A model generated the notes under the pieces. That model searched no databases. It was not told the DNA's origin and was given only the letters and a program-made list of their open reading frames with translations. A DNA stretch of 64,000 nucleotides from assembly GCA_964016885.1 (NCBI GenBank), contig OZ024742.1:153264001-153328000 (forward strand). Reading direction: 5' to 3'. The stretch comes from Eledone cirrhosa. Its lineage: Eukaryota. Made by a program: the position numbers and the translations under genes. Positions 29,409 to 44,402 of this stretch are shown piece by piece (within the stretch, counting starts at the first letter, position 1; every line of letters starts with the position of its first letter).

Positions 29409-29531
29409 TTAATGTATAACCGTACGAAGTAGAGATAGCCCGCCATTAATTTAACGGCAGAGTAAGTGACGTGTTTCTTTATGTATATTTCATACTTTTG
29501 TACACAACAAAACTTTTACCTAGTGCAAAAT

Positions 29532-29807
<276 letters not shown>

Positions 29808-30735
29808 AACATAGTGCAAACATTTATACATACATACATAGATACACACACAGACACACACATATATATATATATATATATTTGGGAGTGCCTGTATGTG
29901 TGAAAGTGTGTATGTAAGTGCATGCTTATTGTCTATGCTTGTGTTTCTATGTATTCACACATAAGCAGGATGCAACCGATATCAATAATTTAGACACAAC
30001 TTTTTCTCCGTCCTCGTACTGAGGATATTTGGCTTACGTATAAACAAATATCGCTTATAACAGAATATAACAACGTTGATCAATAACGGATAGTTTCATG
30101 AACTCATACCCATATATATATATATATGGTGGAGTTAACGGCTGGAGTGTACCAGAGAAGAGGAGCGAGAGTGTGATATTTTTACAAACTCAGGGGAAAC
30201 AAAATATAATAGAAAAGAAGAAATCAACAGAAAAATCAACCGACAAAATATAGCTTTAGAACATCACATATCCAAAAACATCGTCACATGAGATGCATTA
30301 CTGATTGAACATATTTTAAAATAGTGATTATGTTTGATTTATAGCATTTTCCAGTTGTGCAAAAGCGATATTTATAGATTAAAAACTTTAAAATGGTTTA
30401 TAACTTGCTTTCATCTGTGTATATTAAATATACGATTACATGAACTTGTGTCAACGTATAAAAATTTATCAAACATTTCCTGGCAACCTACTTTGTTTTA
30501 AAACGCATAATATTTTCATATTTATCTCCACACTCATACACACACATGTATATATATATATATGTATATACATACACATGCTCATACGTATACTGACACA
30601 TACATACACTGACATTTAAACACACACAGAGGAACACACTCGCTCATATATGTGTTTGTTTGCCTATAGGTATGCCTATATATATATGTATATATGGATA
30701 TAAGTATGTGCTTAAGTATGCCCATATATATATAG

Positions 30736-30824
<89 letters not shown>

Positions 30825-30864
30825 TGTGTATGTGTATACTTACACACGCATATATACGTATTTA

Positions 30865-30901
<37 letters not shown>

Positions 30902-31253
30902 TTGTATGTGTATGTATATAGGTATATATGTACTGAATAAAATTGAATTGAAGGATGTTGAATGTTATGCTGGTATGAATTATATCCTCTTGCATGCAAA
31001 CAGTTTTCTCTACGAGGAAAACAAAATATTATTTGTTTTTATTTATGTGAGATTCAGTATAAATTTACTATCAAACAATATTGATATAGAAACGTATATG
31101 TATGTGTAATATTCAGCAATGTATCGGCATGTGTATCGCATATACTGATATGGTCACATATAGAGACTCTCTGTCTCTTTTTCTCCGCATATATGAAATT
31201 GCGTTTGTACGTATAAGCGTATATGTATATATATATATATATATATGTATGTT

Positions 31254-31302
<49 letters not shown>

Positions 31303-31318
31303 ATGTATATATATATGA

Positions 31319-31393
<75 letters not shown>

Positions 31394-31477
31394 TATACAT
31401 ACATACACACACATACGCATACACACACACACACATACACACACACACACACACCCACAACACACCCACACACACAC

Positions 31478-31531
<54 letters not shown>

Positions 31532-32148
31532 GTAGTTTTTATATACTTGTACGAATGCCTGGGATTGTATGGGTTTTTATGTTATTGTTTGTTTCATCGT
31601 ATTCGAAATAGGTTTAAATATACAATACCTCACATTCTCACTACAGCATTTACTCTGTGTTACAAATTATATATTCCAATATACATTACATTATACTTGC
31701 TTGCCATTTGTGACAGATATAATTTGATTATTTATTGTTGAGTTTCCTTGTTGTTATTGTTAGTGATGTAAATATTTGTTTAGATTTGTATTGGTTTTGG
31801 TGCTATTGTTATTTGTATTGTTTATTTATTTAATAGACCCCGGAATTGTAATATATAGGTGTCAAATTAAGGAAATCAGTTCCTTTAGGTAAATTTACTG
31901 CATGTTTTTTCATGGGTTAAAATCCTAGAAAATGTAACAAATTGAAACATTATTTAAAGAGCAAAGTACAATACAGTGTCAATATACATTTTCTGAAGAT
32001 TGGATAAATTATTTTTAGCAAAGATAAACGCAAAGTAAACAGGTTTCAGAGGCGAAATTCGCAACTTCAAATTTAACCTGTCTAATCTAATTACAAATTA
32101 TATAAAAATACATGTAGTGTTTAAATGAAAGCATTATTATTATTAATA

Positions 32149-32258
32149 GTTAACCTCCCGCCGAGGTTAACTTTGCCTTTCATCCTTTCGGGGTCGATAA
32201 AATAAAGTACCAGTAATACACTGGGTTAATTGCTGGCCTTGTGCCAAAAGTAGAAACA
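32149..32258 (+). mobile_element. 5'-truncated SINE with 16-bp TSD
   Basis: SINE 3' half flanked by ATTATTATTATTAATA at 32133-32148 and 32259-32274. Confidence 0.85.
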
Positions 32259-32679
32259 ATTATTATTATTAATACAGTGATTTAAAAATACTACACATCG
32301 AAATATATAAATGCTTTGATATAGTAATTAATAAATCTCTTTAAAAAGACATTCTATTAGTTTTATTCATGAAAATAATTAATGGTGATAATTTCAATTG
32401 TAAATTAATATTTATCCGATATATAATCTGCAATAAATATATCATTATGAACCCAGTTTCTTTGACTAATATTTAAACCTAGGTTATGTCATTTTGGTTG
32501 GTTGTTACAGTGAAAATATATGTATAGTATATTGGTATTTTATAAAATTTTCAGCTTGTATTCGATTTCATCTTACTTGATATCCTTGCATTTATTAGTG
32601 TGTTGGGTACATTGTCCAATGTTATATTCCAAGACAGGTTAGACTCTGGCAACATAATTCTATTTGTCATATACTGCAT

Positions 32680-32954
32680 TATATATGATAAATATAATCT
32701 AAGTTTTTCGAATATTAATAATAATATTTGATTCGTTTGCAATAATGCAAACAGCCTCTTTTAAGCAATGTCAATAGAATGAGCCCCTCATCCTTGCTCT
32801 TGTGTTGGCATGTAAACAGAACTGCAGAAAATAATGTTTCTGCGTCATCAGTGCAGTTTCCTGTTCACCTGCCTACTGTTAGAGCTAGTGAAAATATACG
32901 AATCGAATATTATTATTGATATTCGAAAAACTCAGATTACCTTTATTATATATA
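32680..32954 (-). mobile_element. Fold-back mini-element with an apical hammerhead-like core
   Basis: 57-bp inverted arms at 32680-32736 and 32898-32954. The minus strand of 32820-32858 reads AACTGCA-CTGATGA-CGCA-GAAACATTATTT-TC-TGCAGTT. Confidence 0.72.
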
Positions 32955-35900
32955 GAGTATTATATATGAATTTCTTTCTAATATAGACACGGAGCAAACA
33001 TTCTACTCCACCACTATAATCGTATTTATTGTATCGACCAGATAAAAATGAAAGGCATAGTAAATCCAGGACTAGAACTAAAATAAGAATGTATAGAAAC
33101 ATAATCGTTTTCTCAATTCTGCCGTTCGTTTCAACCCTCTTATAGAGATTTATTGTATTTTCATGAGACCAAACAAATTATTCGTTGGCTAATCATTAGT
33201 TAAAATATTTAGGGCGTTGAATGTAATGATTGTCATGTGTTTCGAGTCCAAAAATTACCATGTTCAAACTTGTCTTTCAGCTGTATGGTAGTAATAGTTA
33301 ATGCACAAATACTAATATTGCTACTTATGTCGGCTTCAAATATATGGCCTCATAGAAACGGTTGTTGGAAAACATTCCCATCATCTACATCTGCAGAAAT
33401 AGAGAAATGCTGAGCGAGCGGCTGTCAACAGTTGCTCATAGAGAAGCTTAATCTTAATCGAAACCGTCCACGGATGATCTAATGCGCAGTATAGTTCAAA
33501 ACGCTACGTCTGCTTTTATTGTTTTTCCTGTTGTTTATGGTTTAGTAATCATCATCATGACAGTATTCCGGAAACAGTTTCTGCATATGTATTTTGGAAC
33601 AGGTGAAATCACGAAAAAAAAAATCATTTCAGATTAAAAGAAATATTGAAAAGTCATTTCTACATTGCTGTGTCCAAATTTATTTTCTATAGTTTTATTA
33701 ATGTATTTTAAGAAGAGAAATAAAGAAACACTAACACGCATTATATGATTGCATCTTTAAAAGTGTAATTTACTTACATATAACTTTCAAAATACATTTA
33801 TATTATTATTACATTCGTTATTATCAATATAGTAATTTATAAATTGCAAACTTTGAAATATATAATTTTATGGATATGATATTATTTAGTAATTAATTTT
33901 ATTCTAAAATATAATATTCTTTTGTTCTTTTTTTTCTCTGAAAATAATTAATGAGAACATATTGAATTTGAATTGAATAGACGCTCTGTAAATAATCTTC
34001 TATAATAAATATAACATCATGGAACCATTTCTTTGAATTATACTTGAAAGTAAGTTATGTGATTTCTGTTGGTTTTGAATTAAAATATATTTTTGGTATT
34101 ATTGTTTTAGTAAAAATAGATATTTGTTTTATTATTTTACTGAGCTTAATTATTTGACTGCACGCTTGTTGGAGCACATGCTTGATGGGGTGTAGTCGAT
34201 CATCCTGACCGCAATACTGATATTACTTTGAAGACTGATATTGATTTAATCGATCGCTTTCTGTGAAAGAGCTCAGTTACGGGGCATAGTCTAACAGTTA
34301 ACGTATATACAGATATGAACACACAAGTAAACACATGCGCATACAAGATGTTATATCATACGGATCTCTAATGTATGCTAATTAACCACCATTTATAATG
34401 ACGGAACAATATACTATTTCGAACTGTTCGTAGACTAGCATATATTTTATCGATACCTGAAGGATAAAAAGCACAATTGACTGCGGCGGGATTTGAATTC
34501 AGAACACAAAGAAACGTAACTAAATACTACAAGGCTCTTTGTTCGCCATTTTAAAGGCTAATTATAAAAATCATTAAAAAAATACAATATAGCGAGTTGA
34601 AAAATTCGTTAGAGCTTCGGAGACAATTCTTTCCTGTATTTGGTCCGGATTGCACCGTTGGGAGGGTTGTGTAAGATGATTCACAGAATACTGCTTTCTC
34701 CAGTAATGGGGAAATATTGAGCAAAGGGCTGGGAGCCTCCTCTCACAGAAAAATAAAATGTTAGACAAATGATACCGTCCAGCAAGAATACAATATTCAC
34801 TAGAGTCCGGAATCTTATGAAGTAAATGTAACGAATACATATTTATTTCGATAAACACTCCAATAAAACAGCATGGTTTTAAAGAAACAATTAGATGAAG
34901 GATAACTATTAGTTTCAAGACATTAATAAGATACTGCAACCGTTTATAACATGCTTGGAACCATGGGTATGTTGTCCAGGATATTGGGGGAGTTGCACTA
35001 ACTATTATCGGACGATAACGTGTATTTAATGAATTTTTAATAAATAATAACTCGAGATAAGTTATAACAGTTTTAATGAAAATCAAATTGATATTTACGA
35101 TATATTGATCCGAAATCTATTACGAACAAAATATATATGAAATCGGGAATCCTTGTAGAGTCGAAGTAGAGTCGCCATACCATAGGGTGTTGCACGGCCA
35201 TTTTAGACCTAACGGAAGCCATTCCCACTCCAGGTCTCAACACAGCCGTTTCCTTCCAGATGATTAGAGAGAGAGACGGAAAGAAAGAGAGAGGGATGGT
35301 GGAGATATAAAGGAAGAATAGACAGTAGTACTCAAATGATATTTTTTTTGTATCAAACATGACAGTTTGAAAGGCAACATATACCTCAAAAGCAGAAAGC
35401 CGGAATGAATACTACATCTTGTTTGATGCGACGTTCTCACGACACTGTTAAAAGACTGCTTCCTGAAGTTTATATATTGAATGTAGATATCATTTGTAGT
35501 AATGAGATTTGAAACTCAACCTGTACTCTCATAAATAATCTGTCTATAAGATCATTGATAGTTACAGCAATAACGGTCTCATATATTTATAGAAAGAACG
35601 ATTAGGTATACAAACACAGACCTTATCTCTATAAGTATATGTTTGGATAGTTAGACAGCTCAGCAAACTAAAAAGGGAGTATTATAGAAACTGTACAATA
35701 ATAATGATTTCTTTCTTTATTTCTTTCCTTATTTATTTATTTATTTATTTAATGATAATGGCAATAAGAATGCGAAAACGAAGGGAATGAAAAAAGAAAA
35801 CGTAAAGGAAAAAGAAAGAAAAGCAGCGGGAAAAAAGGCAAAAACGAGGGAAAGATAGATTTTACGCCCTACTCGCAGCCGTATGTTTCAGCTGTGTTAC

Positions 35901-36400
35901 ACAGACGAGATATCGTTGGCATTTCCGTGGGGAATGGCCAACGTTACCCACCGCTTCAGGCACACCACACTTCGTCAGCCGGGATGCTGCCTTTTCAAGT
36001 TAAGGGAAGAAATCAGCACTTCGGAGATAGAGGATACCTGGGATCTAAACGGTGACCAGCTCGAAACGTTAATATTAAGAATCGTATTACAATCTCATTC
36101 AAAGAACACGAATAGAAATGATGTAGCCGTTTGTTATAATTGAGAGTCGAAAGCAATGTATATGGGGTGTATGTTATAATGAGCATTATATTCAAACAAA
36201 ACACTTTTTGCTTCAACTTAGTTATATGTTACTCTACACACACACACATAGACATACACGCGCACACCCACAGAACCAAACACATACCCAAACACTGAAA
36301 CACACACACACAATTTATATGTAGAATGATAATCTGCATCACAAAAGTTACATTATATATCATATACACATCTATTTCACTCTATCTTCCCCCTCTTGCT

Positions 36401-36500
<100 letters not shown>

Positions 36501-38488
36501 TATGATGTATATATATATACAGATATACCTTAGATATGTTTTACGTGATTCTTTATTAAATTAAACGCAAAAGCTCTGAGGAATAATATGTTCGGGTACT
36601 ACTTATAATCCAATAATACAAGCACATCTAAATGTGTTACACATGCATTAGTTATAGGCAACTCTGTTGGAAATTTTTGCTAAATAATGTTTTCACTGAA
36701 TCACGTGCTTCGTGTTCCCTAGCTGTTAACATTAGCACATTTGATAAAGCTTTGCAAAGCTAAATAGAAGAACAAAACTGATCAATATTTCATACGACAC
36801 ACACTGTTAATGACGAGTCAACAGAAAGGAAATAACAATAAATACAGAAATATGGCGTATTAGGTGTCTGAAAAAAACCGTACTTCAAACAATGTTAAAG
36901 CAATTTGTTGAAAATATCCTTTTTTTTTAAATTGCGTGTAAACTACTGAGCAAAAGTACAAGGACTATTAGTTGTTATGACAGATATTATTATGGCAGTT
37001 TAGTAATGGTGAAGTTAATAAAGGAACATTCAATGAGAGTTTGGTTGTAGTCTCTGAATTACGGGCTTTACATAGTTGCTTTGTGAATATTATTTGAATT
37101 TTGAAATAATTATATCAGATCATTTTAGTAGTGAATATTAAGAAAATGTCAGAAGGATTATGGTATACATCTTGCGCGGTTGCAGAATTCTTTTTCTTTT
37201 TACCTTTTTACGAATCTTATAAAGGTGCCTAAATTTCAGTTTGAAAAATGATTTCTATCGGAAGAGACAACATATTTTAATGTACGAGTTTAATGCATGA
37301 GATTCTTCATATTACTTGTCTAACCATCATTTATCAGTATAACAGAAGCATGGATGTTAATGACTAGTTCTGTTTCTTCTGCATTAGTTGGTATACTTGT
37401 ATTTGCCCAATGTGAAATTGGAATTCGCAGTTTAGCCCTATCATAATTTCTCTACTTTAATTATTTCATAGAGTGGTCGATTTGGAAATATCCGGGTCTA
37501 TGGTTTCTGAGTTCAAATCTGGCCAAAGACCACTTTGCTGTTCTTTTTTTTCGGAGTCGATAACGAGTGTAGCTGCCTAGCGTTCGTGTGGCCCTCTGTT
37601 CTTCCATCTGTCACATCCAGCTTGTACTGTTGGATTAAAAGAGGTAAGGACGAAATAGTTTTTTTTTGTCTGCTCTTGACTGCAGGGGTACACAAACCTT
37701 CAGCGAAAGTATGGTACATACTTCAAATCATACTCGATTGCGAGTGACGATTGTTATCCTTTCAAATGTTTAATAGAGTACCAATTCAGGCTCCTCTACT
37801 TGCCTTTCACGTACTAAGATTGGCTTTTGTCCAGTGGAGTTGATCTTCCTCGTGTCATCTCCTTTCATGAACTCACCCAAGCACTCTTCTTATCCTCACT
37901 CAAATTGTGACCCGCCATGCATTGAAATAAAAGTTTTTCTCATTTCCTTTTCATGCGAAATTCGAACCTCTAGAATTCTTATCTTATTTTTCTATTTAAT
38001 CCAAATCCGAGGTGTCACTTGTGTCGCAGGATCTGCTAACACTTTTCTATCAGTATCCACTATATTTGATATATATATATTTTTCAAATTTATTCATAAC
38101 ATTATTCTTGTCTCCAGTTATAAGATTATTCTATTATATTTTATGGCTCAGTCAGTGTGTGTGTGTTCAACTATTTTTGATTGCTTGCTATCTAGATGCC
38201 TTTGGGATCCTATTTTGATATCACTTCACAGATAAAAACTAGAATCCGACATTTTAAATAGAGAATTAAACCATTGGAGTATACTTGATCATGCCTTTGC
38301 TTGTCTCACATCGGTGTTATGTAGACAGTCTCCAGACTTTGATATATTTCAATTACATACATGTATCTTTGTATTAAATATTTGATGTTAAGATACATCT
38401 CGAAGGGTTTCTCTTTTTCTCTATTGCGATATCCTGTTTATAACTTCACTCGCCTTAAGATATTCTCTGATTGCAATATGTATATATA

Positions 38489-40769
38489 TTTAACAGCATC
38501 GTATATAAATGTTATTGGGACACGAGTAACATAATAATGATGGCAACAGCAGAAATTAGAGATAAAATGTATGTTTATTTTTGTTGTAGCACAAATAATT
38601 GTTCTACTTTAGGCACAATATTTGTTAATTTGTATGGTGGAAGTTACACATAAAATGAGGTTACAAAAGGGAATGTGCCATTGTGCCAGGCCCAAGGAAG
38701 GCCGGAAAGCCAAAGTTGAAAATGTCACTGTCACATGCTGTACGCGCTGCTCCTTCGAAGTTGAGGATGCGAAAGGCTGATTCTTCAAATCAACGCGGGA
38801 ATTGTTCCCTCAGGGCGCGTAGAGATACATTCTCTTCTACTGGCGCTGATTGGCTGAGCTGAGCCAAATCGCGCACAGAGAATATATGTGAGCCCGCAGA
38901 ATGTAGGTCACTACAATACTCCCCTCTAGACGTAAGACAATATAGATTATTGAATCAGCAGGAAAAAATGCTGAAAGAGCACATCAGTGAAAATAAATAA
39001 TTAAACAGAAGAATGCATGCAAGAAAAAAATGAGGCGCTAAGGGCCGTGTTGAGCCGCTGTGGCAAATGACTAGCTGTTTTGTAGTTTATACGTGACCAC
39101 CAAAGGTCTAACAAAAACGGATAAAGTCTGACAAGGGAAAAGTTGCTGTTCTTGCATTAAATGTTAATGGTAAGTGTTGTACCAGTAGCTCTGGATGAAG
39201 CTATTATGGTATTTTACGAGTGATGGCAAGAAGATGATGGGTAGGCGAGAAAATGTCGGCCTCCTAGATGTATTGCCGAAAGTGCTAGGCAGCCAGGAAA
39301 AAATGGCTGGTTGCTTTGAAAAGAAAAAAGCAATTTGAATCTGTAGGTGGGTAGTAGTTGAAATGTGAATTCTATAATTCTGGCGAATCCATAGAAGTGG
39401 TGGAAATGCTGACAGGTCCAGTTCCATTTGTTTTCCCGGTGAGTCGGGTAAAGTAACAAGATGTATGTTGTTATGGACGAGATGCGAAACTGTTTGAGTT
39501 CAGCTACAATTAGCATTCACGTGTTGCGGTGCAGGTGAATTAAGCTGCAAAGTGTTGATAGCATGTTTGGTGTCTCCAGAAATTGAGAAGGGATCTCGCA
39601 CAACTTTACGACGTTCGAATATCATACACTTAGAACAACATGCTGGTGGTGTGTCAAATAAATATGTGTGCATATGCAGGCATGTAATAAAGCAACGAAT
39701 GTGTGGGTGCAGTCATATATACAATGATAAAGAAAATGATGCAGTCATATATACAATGATAAAAACATCTTTTTTTCATATAATGCAGTTCTAAAAGAAT
39801 AAATGTCCGGACATTGCCTGTAAATAGAGAAAGAAACAAATAATTGTTTCTTGAAACAAAGTTCGCTTTTTCTTTTCTTTGGGATCGCTCTTACTAGGAA
39901 GCTAGTAGAGTTGTTGTTGTTGTTGTTGTTGTTAAAGCAACGTCACAGTGAATATTCTGTAGAATCGAAGTCGAGCGTTGAAGAGCCTGGAGCCACCAAT
40001 ATGCCAGTCAAGCCTGACGCCATAGTGGTGAGAAGACTGATGTCTTCATTTCTCGAGTCCCTGTGGTAACGAGACAGAAGGTATGGTGGTCGCGTCGGTA
40101 AAGTTACAAGCTGCCACATCGCTATTCCCTGGTGTTGGATAGTAATTAACCATGTGTTGTCGCTGCTGCTGATGTATTTGGTAGTGGTGATAGCCATGTG
40201 TTGCTGCTGATGGCTGGTAGTAGAGAAATACTTGGTGGTAGCCATTTTGAAATTTCCTCCTGAAGAAACATTTTCTTATACATACACTGCCAATTTTAAT
40301 TTTATTTCAAAAGGAATATTTTGAACTGAAAATATTCATTACGTCGGGGTCACTATTTTTAGCAGCATAGTATATAAATGTCATTGGGACACGAGTAACA
40401 TAATAATGATGTCAACAGCAGAAATTAGAGATTAAATGTATGTTTATTTTTGTTGTAGCACAAATAATGTTTGTTAATTTGTATGGTGGAAGTTACACAT
40501 ACAATGAGGTTACAAAAGGGAATGTGCCATTGGGCCAGGCCCAAGGAAGGCCGGCAGGCCAAAGTGCAAAATCTCACCGTCACATGCTGTACGTGCTGCT
40601 CCTTCCCTTCGAAGTTGAGGATGCGAGAGGTTGATTCTTCAAATCAAGGCGGGAATCTTTCCCTCAGGGCGCGTAGTGATATATTATCTTCTACTGGCGC
40701 TGATTGGCTGAGCTGAGCCAAATCACGCACAGAGAATGTATGTGAGCCCGCGGAATGTAGGTCACTACA
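38489..40769 (-). mobile_element. Non-autonomous LTR retrotransposon (TRIM/LARD-like)
   Basis: Direct ~415-bp LTRs at 38489-38915 and 40358-40769. The PBS TAGTGACCCCGACGTAAT (40338-40355) matches the tRNA-Trp PBS TGGTGACCCCGACGTGAT at 16/18. A PPT AGAGGGGAG lies at ~38919-38927. The 1.4-kb interior has no pol motifs, and the flanks are TATA. Confidence 0.9.
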
Positions 40770-42651
40770 TATATATATTATTTGTCTCCGCATGTTATTG
40801 CTTTCCCAGTGGGCAAAGTATTCGATACACTGAGTGTATAATAAATGTCCTAAATGTACAATATATAAACGTATGTGTACAGATTAAAGTAGGTGTTTCC
40901 GATCAATTATTTGATTCCAACATACAGATTTGTTGAATATTAAAAAGACTTATAAAACTGCTACTGGAAAGTACTCTATGACGGTTTTGCTACATAATCT
41001 TTCTGTTGGGAGGTACCCAACATATGCCGATGTACCAGTGCTCAATTCTCGCAAAAATGTAAAAGCTCACTATGAAATAGTACGTTTGAGTTAGTTATTC
41101 AATCATTTTACATGAACTGATGATTTTTAGTATACATTTCTTCATATAATCTAATGCGAAATAAAACTCTATACATTTGTTCACTCCAGCAAAATATATC
41201 TACTCTTTCCAGAATAGTACGTCAGGATTTGCATGTACACTCATTTTCTTGACCAGCTTCCTCCATGCTAACAGGTTCAATCCTAGAGTCAAATCAAATA
41301 TTATTTCATGAATATGTGTTTTTCTTTTCTATATCTAGTTAACTATTCTATTTATCCACTATATTAATAAAATCCATAAACAAAGAATGACTGAGAATTC
41401 TGAATTTATGCACAATTCCATGTTTATGGAGACTTTCATGATGTATTTATTTAAAACATAAATATATACCTGGAGAAAAGATATTAACTTGAATATCTCT
41501 ATTTCACATATAACTGATCCAGTATGTACACGCAGTGTAAGTAAAGTTCAATACATTATTCCTCAGAAATTGTAAGGCAAAGTGTAAATGAAGATCAATA
41601 GTTCGAAATAGAGCATTGTGGCAGCAATTAGAAAATATATGTCGTACAAATAATACAGTTCTTGGAATCATTTATAATTGAAATATTTAACTGTTTTACT
41701 TTACACATATTACTATTGGACCCTTTTATATTTCATTGGTGCTTTTACATACTAATTTCAACGGCTACGTAATGAACATATTTGCCATGCCATTGCGTTC
41801 AATATAAGTTCCAGTAATACAGTGAGTTAACAGACATGACTTCTGTTCTCCTGCAAGTGTGTAATCGTATAACATCTTAATACTTTCAGTGTTATTAACT
41901 TTATATTAACCCATTAGTACTTAAGCCGGCCGTATCCGGCCAAAATTCTTTCACTTCTTTCTGTTCAAATGTGCTGTAACTGGCCACTCATACTGATGTT
42001 AATGTATTGATCTTAAAATAAATAAAATCAAAATCTCATAGATCGATATTATGTGTAATATTATGTAAGATAAAGGCTTTACCATGAAAATATAATATGT
42101 GAATACTAAAGGTTTAAGATAGTGAGGGACTGGTAGACACTTTACGGCATGGGACAGGCGTTTCAGCATTTGTTTCTGTTCAAATTCCGCCATGGTCATT
42201 TTTGCCTTTCAGTTTTCGGTTGTAGAAAAAAGTACCCATCAAATATTGGGTTTGAGTTACGCAAATTTTACCACACTCAGATTGCTGGCTTAGTGCCGAA
42301 AAAAAAATCATATATATATATATTATAATCTATATAATTTATGTTATATTCATATTTTATTTAATAAAGTGTAAGGTTACGGCATCATTGATGTTGTCTT
42401 TCGGCAAATCTTGGGTGGTGGAATACATTTTCTCAATGGCTACTCTAGTGCTTCACACTTCACACATTTCTCAAAAGCCAGGCACTTCATTAATCATCAC
42501 GCAAAATAATTTTCTTTTAAACTTTTAGAAATATATTTTATTGAAATAATTTAATTGTCTAATGTAATATCATATAATTTATATTTTGTGATTTAATCTA
42601 AACTAGACAGACACACAATCACACAGACACACACACACATGCGCGCGTGCA

Positions 42652-42745
<94 letters not shown>

Positions 42746-43080
42746 TGAGTGAGAGAAGAGAGAGTGAGAGCGAGAGAGGGAGAGAGAGAGTGAGAGAGAG
42801 ATTAAGTAGAATCGATTTCAGTGTGGCAGCATATGTACACACTTTATTAGAATGTTTCGATATTGATCAGCAAATTGATGAGACTCAACTCATTTCGACG
42901 TCTCGTCAAATATGCGAGTTTATATAAGCAAAAACACCCAGCATACTACAGCTGCCTTACCTTAACTTTGAAATACAACCCACATGAGACGGACCACGTG
43001 ACAGCTTTGACTGCTTCGCCGACACACCACCTGTAACTGTAGTTACACACATCACTAGCACGCACACACACACACACACG

Positions 43081-43114
<34 letters not shown>

Positions 43115-43329
43115 CAGGGTGGGCTAGAATTCATATACTTGCTTGCTAGTTATATTTCTTAACATGCTTATTTTATTTTTATTGTATTGTTTTAATTTAT
43201 TATTTTATTTGTATCGTGTTCATGATCTTATGCTTGTATCTGGTATTATATTACTTAACTTGTTTTATAACATTTTGTGTTAACAGATCTATAAATAATC
43301 AAGTGAGTTATGCATTCTGGCCCATCCTG
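43115..43329. mobile_element. Tc1/mariner-type MITE
   Basis: TA|CAGGGTGGGCTAGAATTCATATACTTGCTTG ... CAAGTGAGTTATGCATTCTGGCCCATCCTG|TA, with imperfect ~30-bp TIRs and a TA target. Confidence 0.75.
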
Positions 43330-43917
43330 TATATATATATATATATATATATATACAGGATGCACACATACATCTCAATCTCAAGAATTGTCATGACTTG
43401 ATCCCCTCCCACACATAAGTGGCATGGAAAAAATACTTTTTTCAGTTACGCCTATTCCTGTTTATGCAACATGTGAAATATGTTTAGATGAAATGATGCC
43501 ACTGCTTGAAACTGTTTTCACTGAACAAAAGCTTTGTACTGGATCACTCTCTGAACAACGATGTCAGGCAACCGGAAAAAAAGGAAAACACGTCAATATC
43601 GTTGTCTGCTGTTTAGTCGGAGTTGAGGTTTACACCAGAATCTTCTTTCTCCTAGAACGATGTCCTGAAAACGATTAGGATGTTCACACTCCCGCTGGGC
43701 TAACTGCGCCCTCGGGCACCAAGCCATATATTTCCTTGTCAAATACATATACCTACAGACATAAATACATATACCTACAGACATAAATACTTACACACAT
43801 ATATATATACATACTTACATACATGCATACATACATATATACATAATTACATATGGATATATGGATATATGTGCGTATATATATATTCATATATAAATGA
43901 AGAGTGGAATATAATAA

Positions 43918-44092
43918 TTGTTTCTACTTTAGGCACAAGGCCAGCAATTATCTAGTGCATTACTGGTACTTTATTTTATCGACCCTGTAAGGATGAAAGG
44001 CAAAGTTAACCTCGGCGGGATTTGAACTCTGAATGGAACTCTATTCTGCAAAGCATGGCGTCAGACCCTCTAACGATACTGCCAATTCACCG
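43918..44092 (-). mobile_element. tRNA-derived SINE
   Basis: Full-length match to the family at 19856-20039. Confidence 0.9.
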
Positions 44093-44402
44093 AATAATAA
44101 TGTCAATTAACTAATGAATGATTACGTTTTCACATAGACCAAAGCAATATATTTCAGTAACTTACACACTTTTCAATAAATGATTAGCAACATAGTTTTA
44201 CATATGGATCACAAACTGTGTTGCCCTATCATCGTTTATATTATGCGACTTACACAATGACAATCAACTCAGTTATAAATATATTGAATAGACAAATAGA
44301 GAGATTTTTTTATTTATTGAATAGATCCTAGTTTATTATTTAACTGATTTTATAGGATCAAATGAGCGGCATTAAAAACTACAAGTAAATATTAATTTAT
44401 TT

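Noticed and set aside
35940-35985. Minus-strand CTGACGA; also CTGATGA at ~940 and CTGAAGA at ~59650
   Set aside because: No GAAA box with compatible stems.
35860-36145. Possible host exon in a GC-richer patch
   Set aside because: No recognisable protein similarity, convincing splice pair or partner exons.
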